A stretch of DNA of 64,000 nt from an uncultured cyanobacterium (GCA_963719515.1 CAVRCJ010000020.1:1-64000), one strand, 5' to 3'; numbered from the stretch's first letter, positions 1-10,197 are shown. Notes: generated by a model from the sequence alone, not told the origin. Translations and numbers: made by a program.

Positions 1-76
1 CTAAGAAGCCTTGCCAACCGCCACTATCCATAAACATCTGTTCTAGCTATCCTAGAACTACGAGGCCTTCTTACGG

Positions 77-2065
77 TTGCTGCATCCCGTGACCACATCC
101 ACACTCCCCCTCCAGAAAGACCCCGATCGCTTAGAGACCCGGCTAAAGGAGATCCCCCTTTTGCCGGGGGTCTACTTCATGCGGGATGCGCAAGACAACA
201 TCCTCTACATCGGTAAGTCAAAGCGGCTGCGGGCCCGGGTGCGCTCCTATTTTCGGGATGACCACCGGCTGAACCCCCGCATCGGCATGATGGTGATGCA
301 GATTGCCGAGATTGAGTTTATTGTCACCGACAGTGAAGCCGAGGCCCTGGCTCTAGAGGCCAACCTAATCAAGCAGCACCAGCCCCACTTCAATGTGCTG
401 CTCAAAGACGACAAAAAATATCCCTACCTCTGCATCACCTGGTCAGAAGACTACCCCCGCATCTTCATCACCCGCAAGCGCCGCAAACTCGGCCCCCGCG
501 ATCGCTACTACGGCCCCTACGTCAACGTCGGTGCCCTGCGCCGCACCCTCAACATCGTCAAGCGCGTCTTCCCCCTCAAGCAGCGTAAGCAGCCCCTGTT
601 TAAAGACCGTCCCTGCTTGAACTACGACATGGGCCGCTGCCCCGGCGTCTGCCAGCGGCTGATTACCCCTGATGACTACCACGCCACGGTGCAAAAGGTG
701 GCGATGATCTTTCAGGGGCGCACCCAGGAATTGGAAGACGTGCTGACGGCCAGCATGGAAAAAGCCGCTGAAGCCCTCCAGTTTGAAGTGGCCGCCCGCA
801 TTCGCGACCAGCTCAAGGGCATTCAGTCTCTACATGCCGACCAAAAGGTCTCGCTACCCGACGACACGGTGACTCGGGATGCGATCGCCCTGATGGCCGA
901 CGAAAAGCACGCCTGCATCCAGCTGTTCCAGGTGCGGGCCGGGCGGCTAGTGGGCCATCTGGGGTTTATGGCCGAGGCTCAGTCGGGGACGCCGGGGGAG
1001 ATTTTACAGCGGGTGCTGGAAGACCACTACCAAACCGTCGATGCAGTGGAAATTCCTTCAGAGATCTTGACTCAGCACGAGCTACCCCAGACGGATATGC
1101 TGGCCAGCTTCTTAACCGAGCGGCGGGGACGCAAGGTGTCGATTATGGTGCCCCAGCGGCAGACCAAGGCCGACCTGATTGAAATGGTGGAGCGTAATGC
1201 AGGCTATGAGCTGGCCCGCGCCCAGCGATTTGCCGAGCGCAACAATCAGGCGCTCTTAGACCTGGCGGAAATTTTGGACTTGCCCGACGTTCCTCACCGC
1301 GTTGAGGGCTACGACATCTCCCATATTCAGGGCTCCGATGCGGTAGCCTCTCAGGTGGTGTTTATTGAGGGCATGCCCGCCAAGCAGCACTACCGCCACT
1401 ACAAAATCAAAGACCCGACGGTGAAGGCGGGCCACTCCGACGACTTTGCCTCTATGGCCGAGGTGATTGGCCGCCGCTTCCGCAAGTATTCTAAAAAAGA
1501 CCTAGAGCGGCGACGGCTAGAATATGAGAGCGGTGAATCGCTGCTAGATTCTCCCGCTAAAAAGCTGATGGCGGACTTCCCGGACCTGGTCATGATTGAC
1601 GGCGGCAAGGGACAGCTCTCGGCGGTGGTGGCAGTGCTGCGGGAGATGAACCTGCTGGACGAGGTGACGGTAGTCAGCTTAGCAAAGCAGCGGGAGGAGA
1701 TCTTTTTGCCGGGGCAGTCTAAACCCCTAGACACCAATGCCGAGCAGCCCGGAGTGCAGTTGCTGCGGCGGCTGCGGGATGAGGCCCACCGGTTTGCGGT
1801 CAGTTTCCATCGCAAGAAGCGCACCGATAGAATGCGGCGATCGCGCCTAGACGATATTTCGGGGCTGGGATATGCCCGCAAGAAAGAGCTGCTGGCCCAT
1901 TTTCGCTCCATTGACTACATCCGGGAGGCGAAGGCGGAGCAAATTGCAGAGGTGCCGGGGATTGGGCCGCGATTGGCGCAGCAGATTTATAACTATTTTC
2001 ATCCGAGTGCTGCAATCGATGTAGAAGCCGCGGCGGCGGTAGTAGGTTCAGGAGAGCAGACCTAG
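77..2065 (+). CDS. uvrC: Excinuclease ABC subunit C (start possibly GTG at 89)
   Basis: GIY-YIG N-terminus ([15 protein letters not shown]), UVR domain, RNase H-like domain ([20 protein letters not shown]), C-terminal HhH. Confidence 0.98.
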   Translation: MLHPVTTSTLPLQKDPDRLETRLKEIPLLPGVYFMRDAQDNILYIGKSKRLRARVRSYFRDDHRLNPRIGMMVMQIAEIEFIVTDSEAEALALEANLIKQHQPHFNVLLKDDKKYPYLCITWSEDYPRIFITRKRRKLGPRDRYYGPYVNVGALRRTLNIVKRVFPLKQRKQPLFKDRPCLNYDMGRCPGVCQRLITPDDYHATVQKVAMIFQGRTQELEDVLTASMEKAAEALQFEVAARIRDQLKGIQSLHADQKVSLPDDTVTRDAIALMADEKHACIQLFQVRAGRLVGHLGFMAEAQSGTPGEILQRVLEDHYQTVDAVEIPSEILTQHELPQTDMLASFLTERRGRKVSIMVPQRQTKADLIEMVERNAGYELARAQRFAERNNQALLDLAEILDLPDVPHRVEGYDISHIQGSDAVASQVVFIEGMPAKQHYRHYKIKDPTVKAGHSDDFASMAEVIGRRFRKYSKKDLERRRLEYESGESLLDSPAKKLMADFPDLVMIDGGKGQLSAVVAVLREMNLLDEVTVVSLAKQREEIFLPGQSKPLDTNAEQPGVQLLRRLRDEAHRFAVSFHRKKRTDRMRRSRLDDISGLGYARKKELLAHFRSIDYIREAKAEQIAEVPGIGPRLAQQIYNYFHPSAAIDVEAAAAVVGSGEQT

Positions 2066-2150
2066 GCTTTCACGCGTTGGCGGTAGAATCTGCCTGATAT
2101 CCGGGTTTTTACGAGTAGCGTTGTAGAGAAATTGTGCGACCCTATGAAAA

Positions 2151-3641
2151 TTGTCCTCAAGCTGGCCCGCTAATGCATCACATGCCTGGTTGAACACATT
2201 GCAAGATTCCAGCCCACTAGAATTTTTACAGTCAGTTACGCCGCAAAGTACTGAATCGGATATCACCTATAAGGTTGTTTTGCCACTCCTCAAGGTGCTT
2301 GGATATCACAGTACCGACTGGAAATCTCAGGCGGTGATTGGCAAGAAAAAAGCGGATCTGATTATTTGCCCCGCTAGCTCGTTGCCATACTGTCCTCCCT
2401 ACTTGATTGTTGAGGTGAAATCCCCCAAGAAAAATATTTCTCAGAGCGTATGGCAAATCAGTCACTACATGAGGCAGTCCCATGCCGCGCTAGGGCTACT
2501 GATCAATGGCTATAATTTCATAATTCTCTATCACAACCAAGGGAAAATAGCTACAGTAGCTGAATACTCCCAGGCAGCATTTATCGAAGATTTTGAGCGG
2601 GTTTATAAGCTTCTCTGCAAAACGACATGCACGAAGGTCGAAAATGCTCTACAAGTCACTCAACAAAGAGTTAATCTGAAGTTTGCCAATTCAATGTCTA
2701 CGCTGTTTGAAAGTCAAAGCTTACAAACCTTGATTGACCAAAGTAACTCTTCTATGTTAAATCTTTTCCGAAAATCATCAAATAACGTCAACAAGAGGCC
2801 GTCTATGATTATTACCGTTTTCAACAACAAAGGTGGAGTAGGAAAGACCAGTCTAACAATTAACTTGGCAGCTACGCTTGCTAAATTGGGCAAGCGAGTT
2901 CTACTCATCGATATTGATGCCCAAGCTAACCTAACCATGGGCTTAGGAATTGACCCGCTCAACGACATAGAGCTGAAGGGAAAGAAAGACATCACTCACT
3001 TGCTCCTTGAACCAAAGACAAAGCTGAACGACGTCGTTTATCAAAAGCGATGGACAGATATTCAGCTGGATGTTGTTCCATCCCATATTCGCTTGAGCGA
3101 CAAGGAAACAGAGCTAATCCAAACAGTTGACAGCGATCGCCTATTGGTTAAGAAGCTAAGAAATCATGACTACGACTTCGTCTTCATCGACCCGCCACCG
3201 TCATTTGGTAAAGTCAACAGAATATCGCTGATGGCTTCTTCAGGAATTTTAATTCCGACTCAGCTGTCTCCCTATCCAATTCGGGCATTAGAATATGTGT
3301 TCTCGCAGGTTGAAAAGGTATCTGACTTTAAAGACGAACCCTTAAAGATTTTGGGAATTGCGGTGAGTATGTACGATCAGCGCGCGAACAAGTTCAATTC
3401 CTCAATGGAGGAAGAGCTTCAAGAAGTGCTGTCTAAAAGTAATTACAGTGATCGGGTCGATCTTTTTCCAGAAAATACCTGGGTACCCCGGCTCAACGTG
3501 ATTTCTAAGTGTCCGCAAGAAGGCTATCCGCTTCAGCAGGCTGAGTTTGACGATAACCTAAATTCGCAAGAGCGTGAAACCGCTCAGGCGGCCATCGAAC
3601 GGTTAGAGAATCTTGCCAATCATTTAATTGCTGTTGTATAG
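2151..3641 (+). CDS. Fusion of an HsdR_N-like PD-(D/E)xK nuclease domain and a ParA/Soj ATPase
   Basis: N-terminus ESDIT..VVLPLL..LGY, KADLII, IVEVK, QISHY, GLLING. C-terminus has the deviant Walker A NNKGGVGKT, LLIDIDAQAN and FVFIDPPP. Start codon uncertain. Confidence 0.85.
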   Translation: MSSSWPANASHAWLNTLQDSSPLEFLQSVTPQSTESDITYKVVLPLLKVLGYHSTDWKSQAVIGKKKADLIICPASSLPYCPPYLIVEVKSPKKNISQSVWQISHYMRQSHAALGLLINGYNFIILYHNQGKIATVAEYSQAAFIEDFERVYKLLCKTTCTKVENALQVTQQRVNLKFANSMSTLFESQSLQTLIDQSNSSMLNLFRKSSNNVNKRPSMIITVFNNKGGVGKTSLTINLAATLAKLGKRVLLIDIDAQANLTMGLGIDPLNDIELKGKKDITHLLLEPKTKLNDVVYQKRWTDIQLDVVPSHIRLSDKETELIQTVDSDRLLVKKLRNHDYDFVFIDPPPSFGKVNRISLMASSGILIPTQLSPYPIRALEYVFSQVEKVSDFKDEPLKILGIAVSMYDQRANKFNSSMEEELQEVLSKSNYSDRVDLFPENTWVPRLNVISKCPQEGYPLQQAEFDDNLNSQERETAQAAIERLENLANHLIAVV

Positions 3642-3656
3642 GAGGTCACACTAGCC

Positions 3657-4547
3657 ATGAGTCAGGATCTTCGCCGGGATCTAATTGGTAAAAATCTAGG
3701 GATTAAGCCCATCAATCACGGGCAAGTTTACAGCTTTCAGGTTGCCCTACCCGATCAGAAGAAGCAGCCTATACCCTTAGAAACGCGACAGGTTATCGAA
3801 ACTAGCTTCCTTACCCACGGCAGCAATATATCTTCTCTCATCATCCGGCGCACTGACAACTATGACGATGAGGACATCGAGTACGAACTCGTCTATGGCG
3901 CCGACTGGCTTCAAGTAGCACAAGAATTAGAGATTGAAAAAGTGTGGGCTTGGGTATTCGATCTTACTGATGAGCAGGCGATCGCCACTGCGGAAGAGAT
4001 GGAAAGGTTGTCTAATGGCAAAGGTCCTATTGTCTCCCCTAACGTCACTGACCCCGATATTGAAACACTCATTGAGAAGAAACTTCAGCTCGCTACGGAT
4101 TCTATCAAGGCTACGGTAAGCCATGCGCTGAAAGAGACGAAAGAAGGGCTTGATGACAAGCTAAAGGTTCTCAATTATCAGATGAACAATCTGACTGAAT
4201 CTCTGGATCCAGATAGACTGAGGCAAATTGCAGATACGTTAGACTACATTGAGTCGCTTTTAACCGGCGGAAAGCTAAAAGATCCAATTGATTTGTTGAA
4301 TGCGTCAGACCAAGATATCGGAGTAGCGCTTAAGAAATCTAAGACTAGCGAGACGCAGGTAAAAGCCGCTATCCGAGCCGTCAACAAGTGGAAAAATTCT
4401 AAGCAAGGACTAAGCTGGGAAAATATAGAGCGTTCATCTAAAGGAAGTAAGAAATCCTCAGACAAAGTCCCTGGCTTTGGCAAAACGACTTATACGAGTC
4501 TGTGGCGCGTGGCCTCTATTCCTGGTGACCCTAAAGACACACCGTAG
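3657..4547 (+). CDS. Degenerate ParB-like N-terminal domain + coiled coil + probable HhH (ComEA-like) DNA-binding tail
   Basis: SLIIRR...YELVYGADWLQVAQELEIEKVWAWV parallels ParB PLIVR..YELIAGERRLRAA. Tail has PIDLLNASDQDI and VPGFGKTT. GGAGG RBS at 3641-3645. Confidence 0.6.
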   Translation: MSQDLRRDLIGKNLGIKPINHGQVYSFQVALPDQKKQPIPLETRQVIETSFLTHGSNISSLIIRRTDNYDDEDIEYELVYGADWLQVAQELEIEKVWAWVFDLTDEQAIATAEEMERLSNGKGPIVSPNVTDPDIETLIEKKLQLATDSIKATVSHALKETKEGLDDKLKVLNYQMNNLTESLDPDRLRQIADTLDYIESLLTGGKLKDPIDLLNASDQDIGVALKKSKTSETQVKAAIRAVNKWKNSKQGLSWENIERSSKGSKKSSDKVPGFGKTTYTSLWRVASIPGDPKDTP

Positions 4548-4563
4548 GAGAATCACCGTCGCC

Positions 4564-5142
4564 CTACCGCATCGGCCTACCAAACGTCTGGGTCCAGTAA
4601 TGCCCCCACCGCTCATTCCCAGAATCATTCGGCACGTTGGCATAGCCGATGCCAATATGCCTGAAGCTCGGGTTTAGCATATTCGCCCTGTGCCCAGGAC
4701 TGTTCAGCCACTGATTCACCGCACCACGGGCCGTAGAAGAGCCAGCCGCCGCGTTTTCTGCCGCCAATGAATATCGATAGCCGACTCGACGAAAGCGATC
4801 GCCGACGGAAGAGCCATTAGACCCAGTGTGGCTAAAAAAGTCATTACCCGCCATGTCTTGACTGTGGGCTTGAGCCGTCCGCTTCAGCTTATTGTTAAGC
4901 TTCAACGGCCTGAGCCCTTCCCTGCGCCTTAAGCGATTTGTAATCCGTAGAACCTGGCGCACAAAGCGCCGGCGCTGTCTCTGGGCCACCGGGGTGTTTG
5001 CCACCGCGTCGACGGGCCTGCTGCTGCGGCTTGTGAGTCTAAAATTGGCGCTAGGCTCGAGTGGCGTAGGGGCAGCGGCTTGATTGGCCCGGTTTTGACG
5101 GGCTGGGGAAGCTGGGGAACGGGACGAATCTAGCTGGCGCAT
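4564..5142 (-). CDS. CAP/SCP domain protein
   Basis: TNRLRRREGL.PL, AQAHSQDMA..FFSH, AENAA, WLNSPGHRANML, HYWTQTFG. Confidence 0.92.
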   Translation of the reverse strand: MRQLDSSRSPASPARQNRANQAAAPTPLEPSANFRLTSRSSRPVDAVANTPVAQRQRRRFVRQVLRITNRLRRREGLRPLKLNNKLKRTAQAHSQDMAGNDFFSHTGSNGSSVGDRFRRVGYRYSLAAENAAAGSSTARGAVNQWLNSPGHRANMLNPSFRHIGIGYANVPNDSGNERWGHYWTQTFGRPMR

Positions 5143-5152
5143 GACGACGGCC

Positions 5153-5246
5153 TTGAATTGATCTGCAATGGATTAGTTTGTACTGAGTTAGTCTGTTGAG
5201 TTATCTGTGCTGAGCTGATCTGCACTAAACTGAATCTGCACTGAAC
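5153..5246. repeat. Degenerate ~15-bp tandem repeat, about 6 units (consensus cTGAgyTgaTCTGca)
   Basis: ttgaattgatctgca/atggattagtttgta/ctgagttagtctgt/tgagttatctgtg/ctgagctgatctgca/ctaaactgaatctgca. Confidence 0.7.
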
Positions 5247-5326
5247 AAATGCCAAGACCTTTTCCGACGGCCAAAAGTTCCCGTCGCTCTGATCGGGCAG
5301 CCCAAAGCACCTCAGGCGAGAGGTCT

Positions 5327-6271
5327 TTAGCCGTAGCTGGGAGAAAAGCGATCGCATCCAGTGACCGGAGAGTTAGACTGACCCTGTAGCGGGCAGTCTC
5401 GACAGCTGCAGATGGCGCAGTTGATGGGGTTGGCGAGGGTCATCACGGGATAAAGGCTAATATTTTGCCGAATAAAGCCCTCGATTTCCGTTGCTTTCAG
5501 GGTCTGGTCGATCACAATGACCTGCTGGATGTCGAGGCGCTGGCGCAGCCGGTTAATCTCGATCAGCGTTTGGCCGAAGGGCATAGGGCGGGTTTGGATC
5601 GTGACGATTGCCTGCTGGGGCTGGCTGTGAAAGCAGGGAGGAGGCTCCTGCTCAAAATAATCTTTGTACTGCAGCGTCACAGTGCCGTCGTCGTAGCGGC
5701 GGCAGCGAATATAGCGCTGAAAGGGCAGCGATGAGCGAGCAGAATACCACCACGATTTGTGCCAGGCCTGGTGGGGTAGCTTTAGGATAGCCTGCACCTG
5801 GTCTGCAGGCAGCCGAGCCTGACTTAGCGCTGTCTGCGCCTGCTCAAGGGACACCTCGCGCACGAGCGTGCTCAAAGGCGTTTCGTAGCGCCAGCGCAGC
5901 TGCCAACGGCGGCGAGGCTCTGAAAAGGCGTCGACCGGAGGATTACAGCCAACAGTCGCTAGGGTGCATTGAATCGCCTCGAATTCAACAATGCCGTCGG
6001 CTACTAGGTCTCCGGCAGGGACACCAACCCGGGTAGAAACCGCCCCTATACGCGTTGAGGGCATCAGCGGTGGGGTACAGCTCGACAGTAGCGATCGCAG
6101 CACTGGGGCGTCCGCTAGCGCCAGCGCCAGCCGAATTCGCTCGACGCTGTAGCCACTGGTGCGATCGCGATCGCAAAAGGGGACGACAGACGCCGCCTGG
6201 GGAGAAAGGGACTGCGGCGTCTGGGAAGAGACCGATTGTGAAGAGAACGATGACGGGCGCTGGTCGACCAT
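5327..6271 (-). CDS. Hypothetical protein with a C-terminal Cys cluster
   Basis: Long ORF; C-terminal CAICSCRDCP...GC. Confidence 0.7.
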   Translation of the reverse strand: MVDQRPSSFSSQSVSSQTPQSLSPQAASVVPFCDRDRTSGYSVERIRLALALADAPVLRSLLSSCTPPLMPSTRIGAVSTRVGVPAGDLVADGIVEFEAIQCTLATVGCNPPVDAFSEPRRRWQLRWRYETPLSTLVREVSLEQAQTALSQARLPADQVQAILKLPHQAWHKSWWYSARSSLPFQRYIRCRRYDDGTVTLQYKDYFEQEPPPCFHSQPQQAIVTIQTRPMPFGQTLIEINRLRQRLDIQQVIVIDQTLKATEIEGFIRQNISLYPVMTLANPINCAICSCRDCPLQGQSNSPVTGCDRFSPSYG

Positions 6272-6521
6272 GAAGCGTCTAGTCGTATCAGGACACAGCG
6301 GGGCAGAATGCCCTCATTGTGTCGATACCGGCAGTAAAGCAGCCCAATCGTCAGGTTCTCTTAAGAGTAGCGCCACAGACAGACGCATTTCGTTGCAAAA
6401 CCTCAAGATGCTTTAGATGCCGTAATATTCTCGGGCTGCATTGACGCTCAGACTCTTAAACGACCCCGTCGAACCGATTGCGCTTAACGCACTAATATAG
6501 ATCAAGTCAGATTTACGCGCT

Positions 6522-6595
6522 GCCCCCGCAGTCCCCACTTCTGGGGGACTTTGAGCGCGGAACTCCTTCCAAACATGGAGGAGCCAATGGGGGAA
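6522..6595. repeat. Degenerate palindromic intergenic repeat
   Basis: Hairpin AGTCCCCAC-TT-CTGGGGGACT at ~6530-6550, framed by C-rich and G-rich runs. Confidence 0.4.
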
Positions 6596-6661
6596 ATCGG
6601 CTAGCTGCCTGAGTCCTATCAAGTCCAATTCGGTCTTTACTATCGACCACCCTAGAGCATC

Positions 6662-7180
6662 ATGAAACACACGCTGTCTGTCCTTGTCGAAGACGAGGCC
6701 GGTGTCCTCTCTCGTATTTCGGGTCTGTTTGCCCGCCGCGGATTCAATATTGAGAGTCTGGCCGTCGGTCCTGCGGAACAGGTAGGGGTGTCGCGAATGA
6801 CCATTGTGGTGCCGGGAGATAATCGGGCTATTGAGCAGGTGACAAAGCAGCTCTACAAGCTGATCAACGTGCTGAAGGTTCAAGACATCACCGAGACCCC
6901 CTGCGTCGAGCGGGAGCTAGTGCTGCTCAAGGTCAACGCCGCAAGCTCAACGCGAGCTGAGATAGTCGATATTGCCCAAATCTTTCGCGCTCGCATCGTT
7001 GACGTTGCCGAAGACTCGGTCACGCTTGAGGTCGTGGGAGACCCCGGTAAGATTGTCGCGATTATTAACCTGCTGGGGCGCTTCGGGGTCCGAGAGATCG
7101 CCCGCACCGGGAAGATATCGCTACCCCGAGAATCTGGGGTAAACACAGAATTTCTTAAGATGACATCTACTAGAGAATAA
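6662..7180 (+). CDS. ilvN: Acetolactate synthase small (regulatory) subunit
   Basis: [39 protein letters not shown] domain; EIARTG. Confidence 0.97.
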   Translation: MKHTLSVLVEDEAGVLSRISGLFARRGFNIESLAVGPAEQVGVSRMTIVVPGDNRAIEQVTKQLYKLINVLKVQDITETPCVERELVLLKVNAASSTRAEIVDIAQIFRARIVDVAEDSVTLEVVGDPGKIVAIINLLGRFGVREIARTGKISLPRESGVNTEFLKMTSTRE

Positions 7181-7232
7181 GCTAGAGAGTCGTTAGAGTA
7201 GTCATACAGGTATTGGTTAGGCCAACGCAACT

Positions 7233-9452
7233 TTGTGTCTGACTTTGTTTATGCTAGGGTCTACAGCCGCTGCAAGACGCAACCGCAAACCACGCCGGAG
7301 TTTAAGCTGGCGTCGCTCTGCTGAGACCACACCAGCTTGGGTTGTCTTAGTCATTCCTATCGTGGCGTTGGTTGTCGCTATAGTGAGCGTGACGGGTCTG
7401 CTTGCGTTCTACAACGGTGAGCGGGCGGTAAGCGAGCTGCTAGAGCGATATAAGCAGACAATTACCATCCACGTTGAGCATGAGCTGATTCACTGTCTCA
7501 GCATTCCTTATCAAATCAATAGCACCACCGCGGCGGCTGTTTCCCTAGGGCTTCTGGATTTCGACGATCCTGTCCTGCTGGAGCGGTATTTTTGGCAGCA
7601 GCTGAAGCAGTTTCCAGCCGTTAACTACATTTATGCAGGTAGCAAATTGGGCGGGATTGTTGGCGTAGGGCGCAATGGGGAAGGCGAACTGCGCAGCTAC
7701 GGTACCGAGAGATTTGTTAGCGGAGAATACCGGCTCTATAGAGCCAGCGACGACGGCGTTCGGCAGGAGCAGATCGATGCAGAGTCAAACTATGATGGGC
7801 GATCGCGGCCGTGGTATAAGGCGTCTGCTCAGTCTGGTGAAGAGGCTTGGAGCAACATCTATCTTTATGTCGGAGAGCCCCTGTTGGGGATTGCGGCCAG
7901 TAGTCCCGTTGTTGACCAAGCCGGTGAGCCTTTGGGGGTTGTGGCAACCGACCTTGTGTTGACCCAAATTGGAAAATTTCTCAAGAGTCTCGACATCAGC
8001 CCCTCCAGTCGGCTCTTTATCATGGAGCGATCGGGAAAGCTCGTGGCAACCTCTGCCGATGAGCCGCCGTTTACAACCATTGGTCCCAGTGACGTTCAGC
8101 TACGCCGGCACGCCAGCGAGAGTGGGGATCGGCTCACCCACGCTGCGTACAGACATCTTGTCGAGCGCTTTGGAGATTTAGCTGACATTCGAGAGTCTAG
8201 AGACACGACGCTTTGGTTAGATGGCCGCAACTTTGTTCAAGTCGTTCCCTTTTCCGATGGCTGGGGGCTTGACTGGCTGATTGTCATGGTAATGCCAGAG
8301 CGAGACTTTATGTCTCAAATCCACCGCAATACCCGCTACACGGTTGTCCTATGTCTGGTGGCCGTTGCCCTCGCCATTGGCCTCAGCGTTAGAATGTCCC
8401 GCTGGCTAAGCCGTCCTCTAAAACAGCTCAGCGAGGCCAGTCAAGGGCTAGCCGAAGGGAAATTCTCTCAGCAGCTTTCGGCCTATCAAACGCGGGAGCT
8501 CAATATGCTCTCTAAATCGTTTAACGCTATGGCGCAGCAGCTCCAAGATTCGTTTGAGCAGCTTGCCCAGCGCAATAAGCACCTTGAGAAACGAGTTGAA
8601 GAGCGGACTGCCCATCTAACGCAGGCGAACTATCAGCTGCAGCTGCTTTTGCGCAGCGTTTCCCATGACCTGCGCAACCCCATAATGGGCATGTTGATGG
8701 TGCTCAACAATATTCAATCTCAGGCAGAGACCAAAAACGAGGCGTCCCTAGCTGATGGCTTAGCTCCGGCTAGCCGCAAACTCCCGCCGGAGATTGTCCT
8801 ATCGCGATCGGTGTTGGACACCCTCGTCAGCAGCGGTCAGCGGCAGCTGCGGCTGGTCAACTCGCTGCTGGACCACCATACCGATCAAGGCGCGACAGCC
8901 CCCTCCGGGCCGACAGCACTTCAGGTCGCCACCCTAGATCGAGAGGCCCTAGCCCTACAGCCCTATTCGCTGCGCCAAATTATTAGTCAGGTGGTTCAAG
9001 ACCTGCAGCCCTTGATCGTCAAGCAGCGGGCTATTGTAGAGGTTTCCTGGCCAGAGACGCTGCCTCTCGTGCTGGCAGACCCCGATCAGCTATGGCGGGT
9101 GGTCGAAAACCTGGTGGGCAACGCGATCGCCCATAACGCACCCGATACTCGAGTCACCATTACAGCAGAAGCGCTGACCTCCTCAAGAATCGGGACTGGC
9201 GTGTGCTGCAGAATTATCGACGATGGCGTTGGCATTTCACTGGAGCAACAGCCCCATCTATTTGCCCCCTACCACCAGGGCGACAACCATCCCTTCGGGT
9301 TGGGGCTAGGCCTCTACGTCTGCCGCCGCATTATTGCAGCCCACAGCGGCGTCATTGGCATTTCGAGCCAAAGCGGGGATGGAGCCGTCTTCTGGTTTAC
9401 CCTTCCGGCGGCAGGGGATGACTCTAAGGGCAGCAGTGAGGCCCTCATCTAG
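7233..9452 (+). CDS. Membrane sensor histidine kinase (Cache-type periplasmic domain, HAMP, HisKA, HATPase)
   Basis: Two TM segments, YDGRSRPWY Cache motif, HAMP, SHDLRNP H-box, NLVGNAI, DDGVGI, GLGLGL. Confidence 0.92.
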   Translation: MCLTLFMLGSTAAARRNRKPRRSLSWRRSAETTPAWVVLVIPIVALVVAIVSVTGLLAFYNGERAVSELLERYKQTITIHVEHELIHCLSIPYQINSTTAAAVSLGLLDFDDPVLLERYFWQQLKQFPAVNYIYAGSKLGGIVGVGRNGEGELRSYGTERFVSGEYRLYRASDDGVRQEQIDAESNYDGRSRPWYKASAQSGEEAWSNIYLYVGEPLLGIAASSPVVDQAGEPLGVVATDLVLTQIGKFLKSLDISPSSRLFIMERSGKLVATSADEPPFTTIGPSDVQLRRHASESGDRLTHAAYRHLVERFGDLADIRESRDTTLWLDGRNFVQVVPFSDGWGLDWLIVMVMPERDFMSQIHRNTRYTVVLCLVAVALAIGLSVRMSRWLSRPLKQLSEASQGLAEGKFSQQLSAYQTRELNMLSKSFNAMAQQLQDSFEQLAQRNKHLEKRVEERTAHLTQANYQLQLLLRSVSHDLRNPIMGMLMVLNNIQSQAETKNEASLADGLAPASRKLPPEIVLSRSVLDTLVSSGQRQLRLVNSLLDHHTDQGATAPSGPTALQVATLDREALALQPYSLRQIISQVVQDLQPLIVKQRAIVEVSWPETLPLVLADPDQLWRVVENLVGNAIAHNAPDTRVTITAEALTSSRIGTGVCCRIIDDGVGISLEQQPHLFAPYHQGDNHPFGLGLGLYVCRRIIAAHSGVIGISSQSGDGAVFWFTLPAAGDDSKGSSEALI

Positions 9453-9483
9453 AGGACTTCTGACACTAGACCAGATAGCTCGC

Positions 9484-10197
9484 TCATTTGGGCAGCTGAT
9501 CGATACATTTGTTGGGTCCAATCAGCACCATTAGAGTACCGGCCTTTAGCCGCCGTACCGGGCTAGGATTCATTTCAAAGGTGTCGGCATCCTCCTCACA
9601 GCTGACGGCAATCAGGTTGATGTTGTAGCGTTGCCGCAAATTGAGGTCAGAAACGGTTTTGCCGTCAAATTCCTCGGGAACCGTACGCTCCACAATGGAG
9701 TGGTCGGGGTCTAGCTCAAATCGGTCGAGGATCTCGGGGCGAGTGAGCGATCGCGCCAAAGCGCAGCCCATCTCATACTCTGGAAACACGACTTTGTCAG
9801 CGCCCACCCGCATTAAGAGCTTGCCGTGTACCTCAGAAGAGGCCTTAGCCACGATAAAGGGCACCCCTGCCTCTTTGAGGTTAAGGGTGGTGATGATGCT
9901 CTCTTGAATGTAGTTACCGATAGCTACGATGACGGTGTCAAACTCATAAATCCCGGCTTCCTTAAGGGCGTTGGGGTTGGTGGAGTCAAGCTGCAGGGCG
10001 TGGGCCACGAGCTTGTCGGAGAGCACCCGAGCCACGATTTCCTCATCAGTGTCAATCCCCAAAACCTCGTAGCCCAGCTGATGCAGCGTCGTGCAGACCG
10101 CCCGGCCAAATCGCCCCATGCCAATAACGGCAAACTGCCGGCTTGCGTTTCTCAGGCCGCGAAAGAAGCTTAAATCAGAGAGAGAGGTCAGATTCAC
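9484..10197 (-). CDS. ktrA: Ktr/Trk K+ uptake NAD-binding subunit
   Basis: FAVIGMGRFG Rossmann motif, TrkA-N and TrkA-C; adjacent to ktrB. Confidence 0.92.
   Translation of the reverse strand: MNLTSLSDLSFFRGLRNASRQFAVIGMGRFGRAVCTTLHQLGYEVLGIDTDEEIVARVLSDKLVAHALQLDSTNPNALKEAGIYEFDTVIVAIGNYIQESIITTLNLKEAGVPFIVAKASSEVHGKLLMRVGADKVVFPEYEMGCALARSLTRPEILDRFELDPDHSIVERTVPEEFDGKTVSDLNLRQRYNINLIAVSCEEDADTFEMNPSPVRRLKAGTLMVLIGPNKCIDQLPK

Noticed and set aside
2066..2150. parS site for the ParA/ParB-like cassette
   Set aside because: Only TTTCACG is present; there is no palindrome matching TGTTTCACGTGAAACA.
2151..4547. HIP1 depletion as evidence of a non-cyanobacterial origin
   Set aside because: HIP1 sites occur at about 3133 and 3978, so depletion cannot be claimed; only the GC shift is evident.
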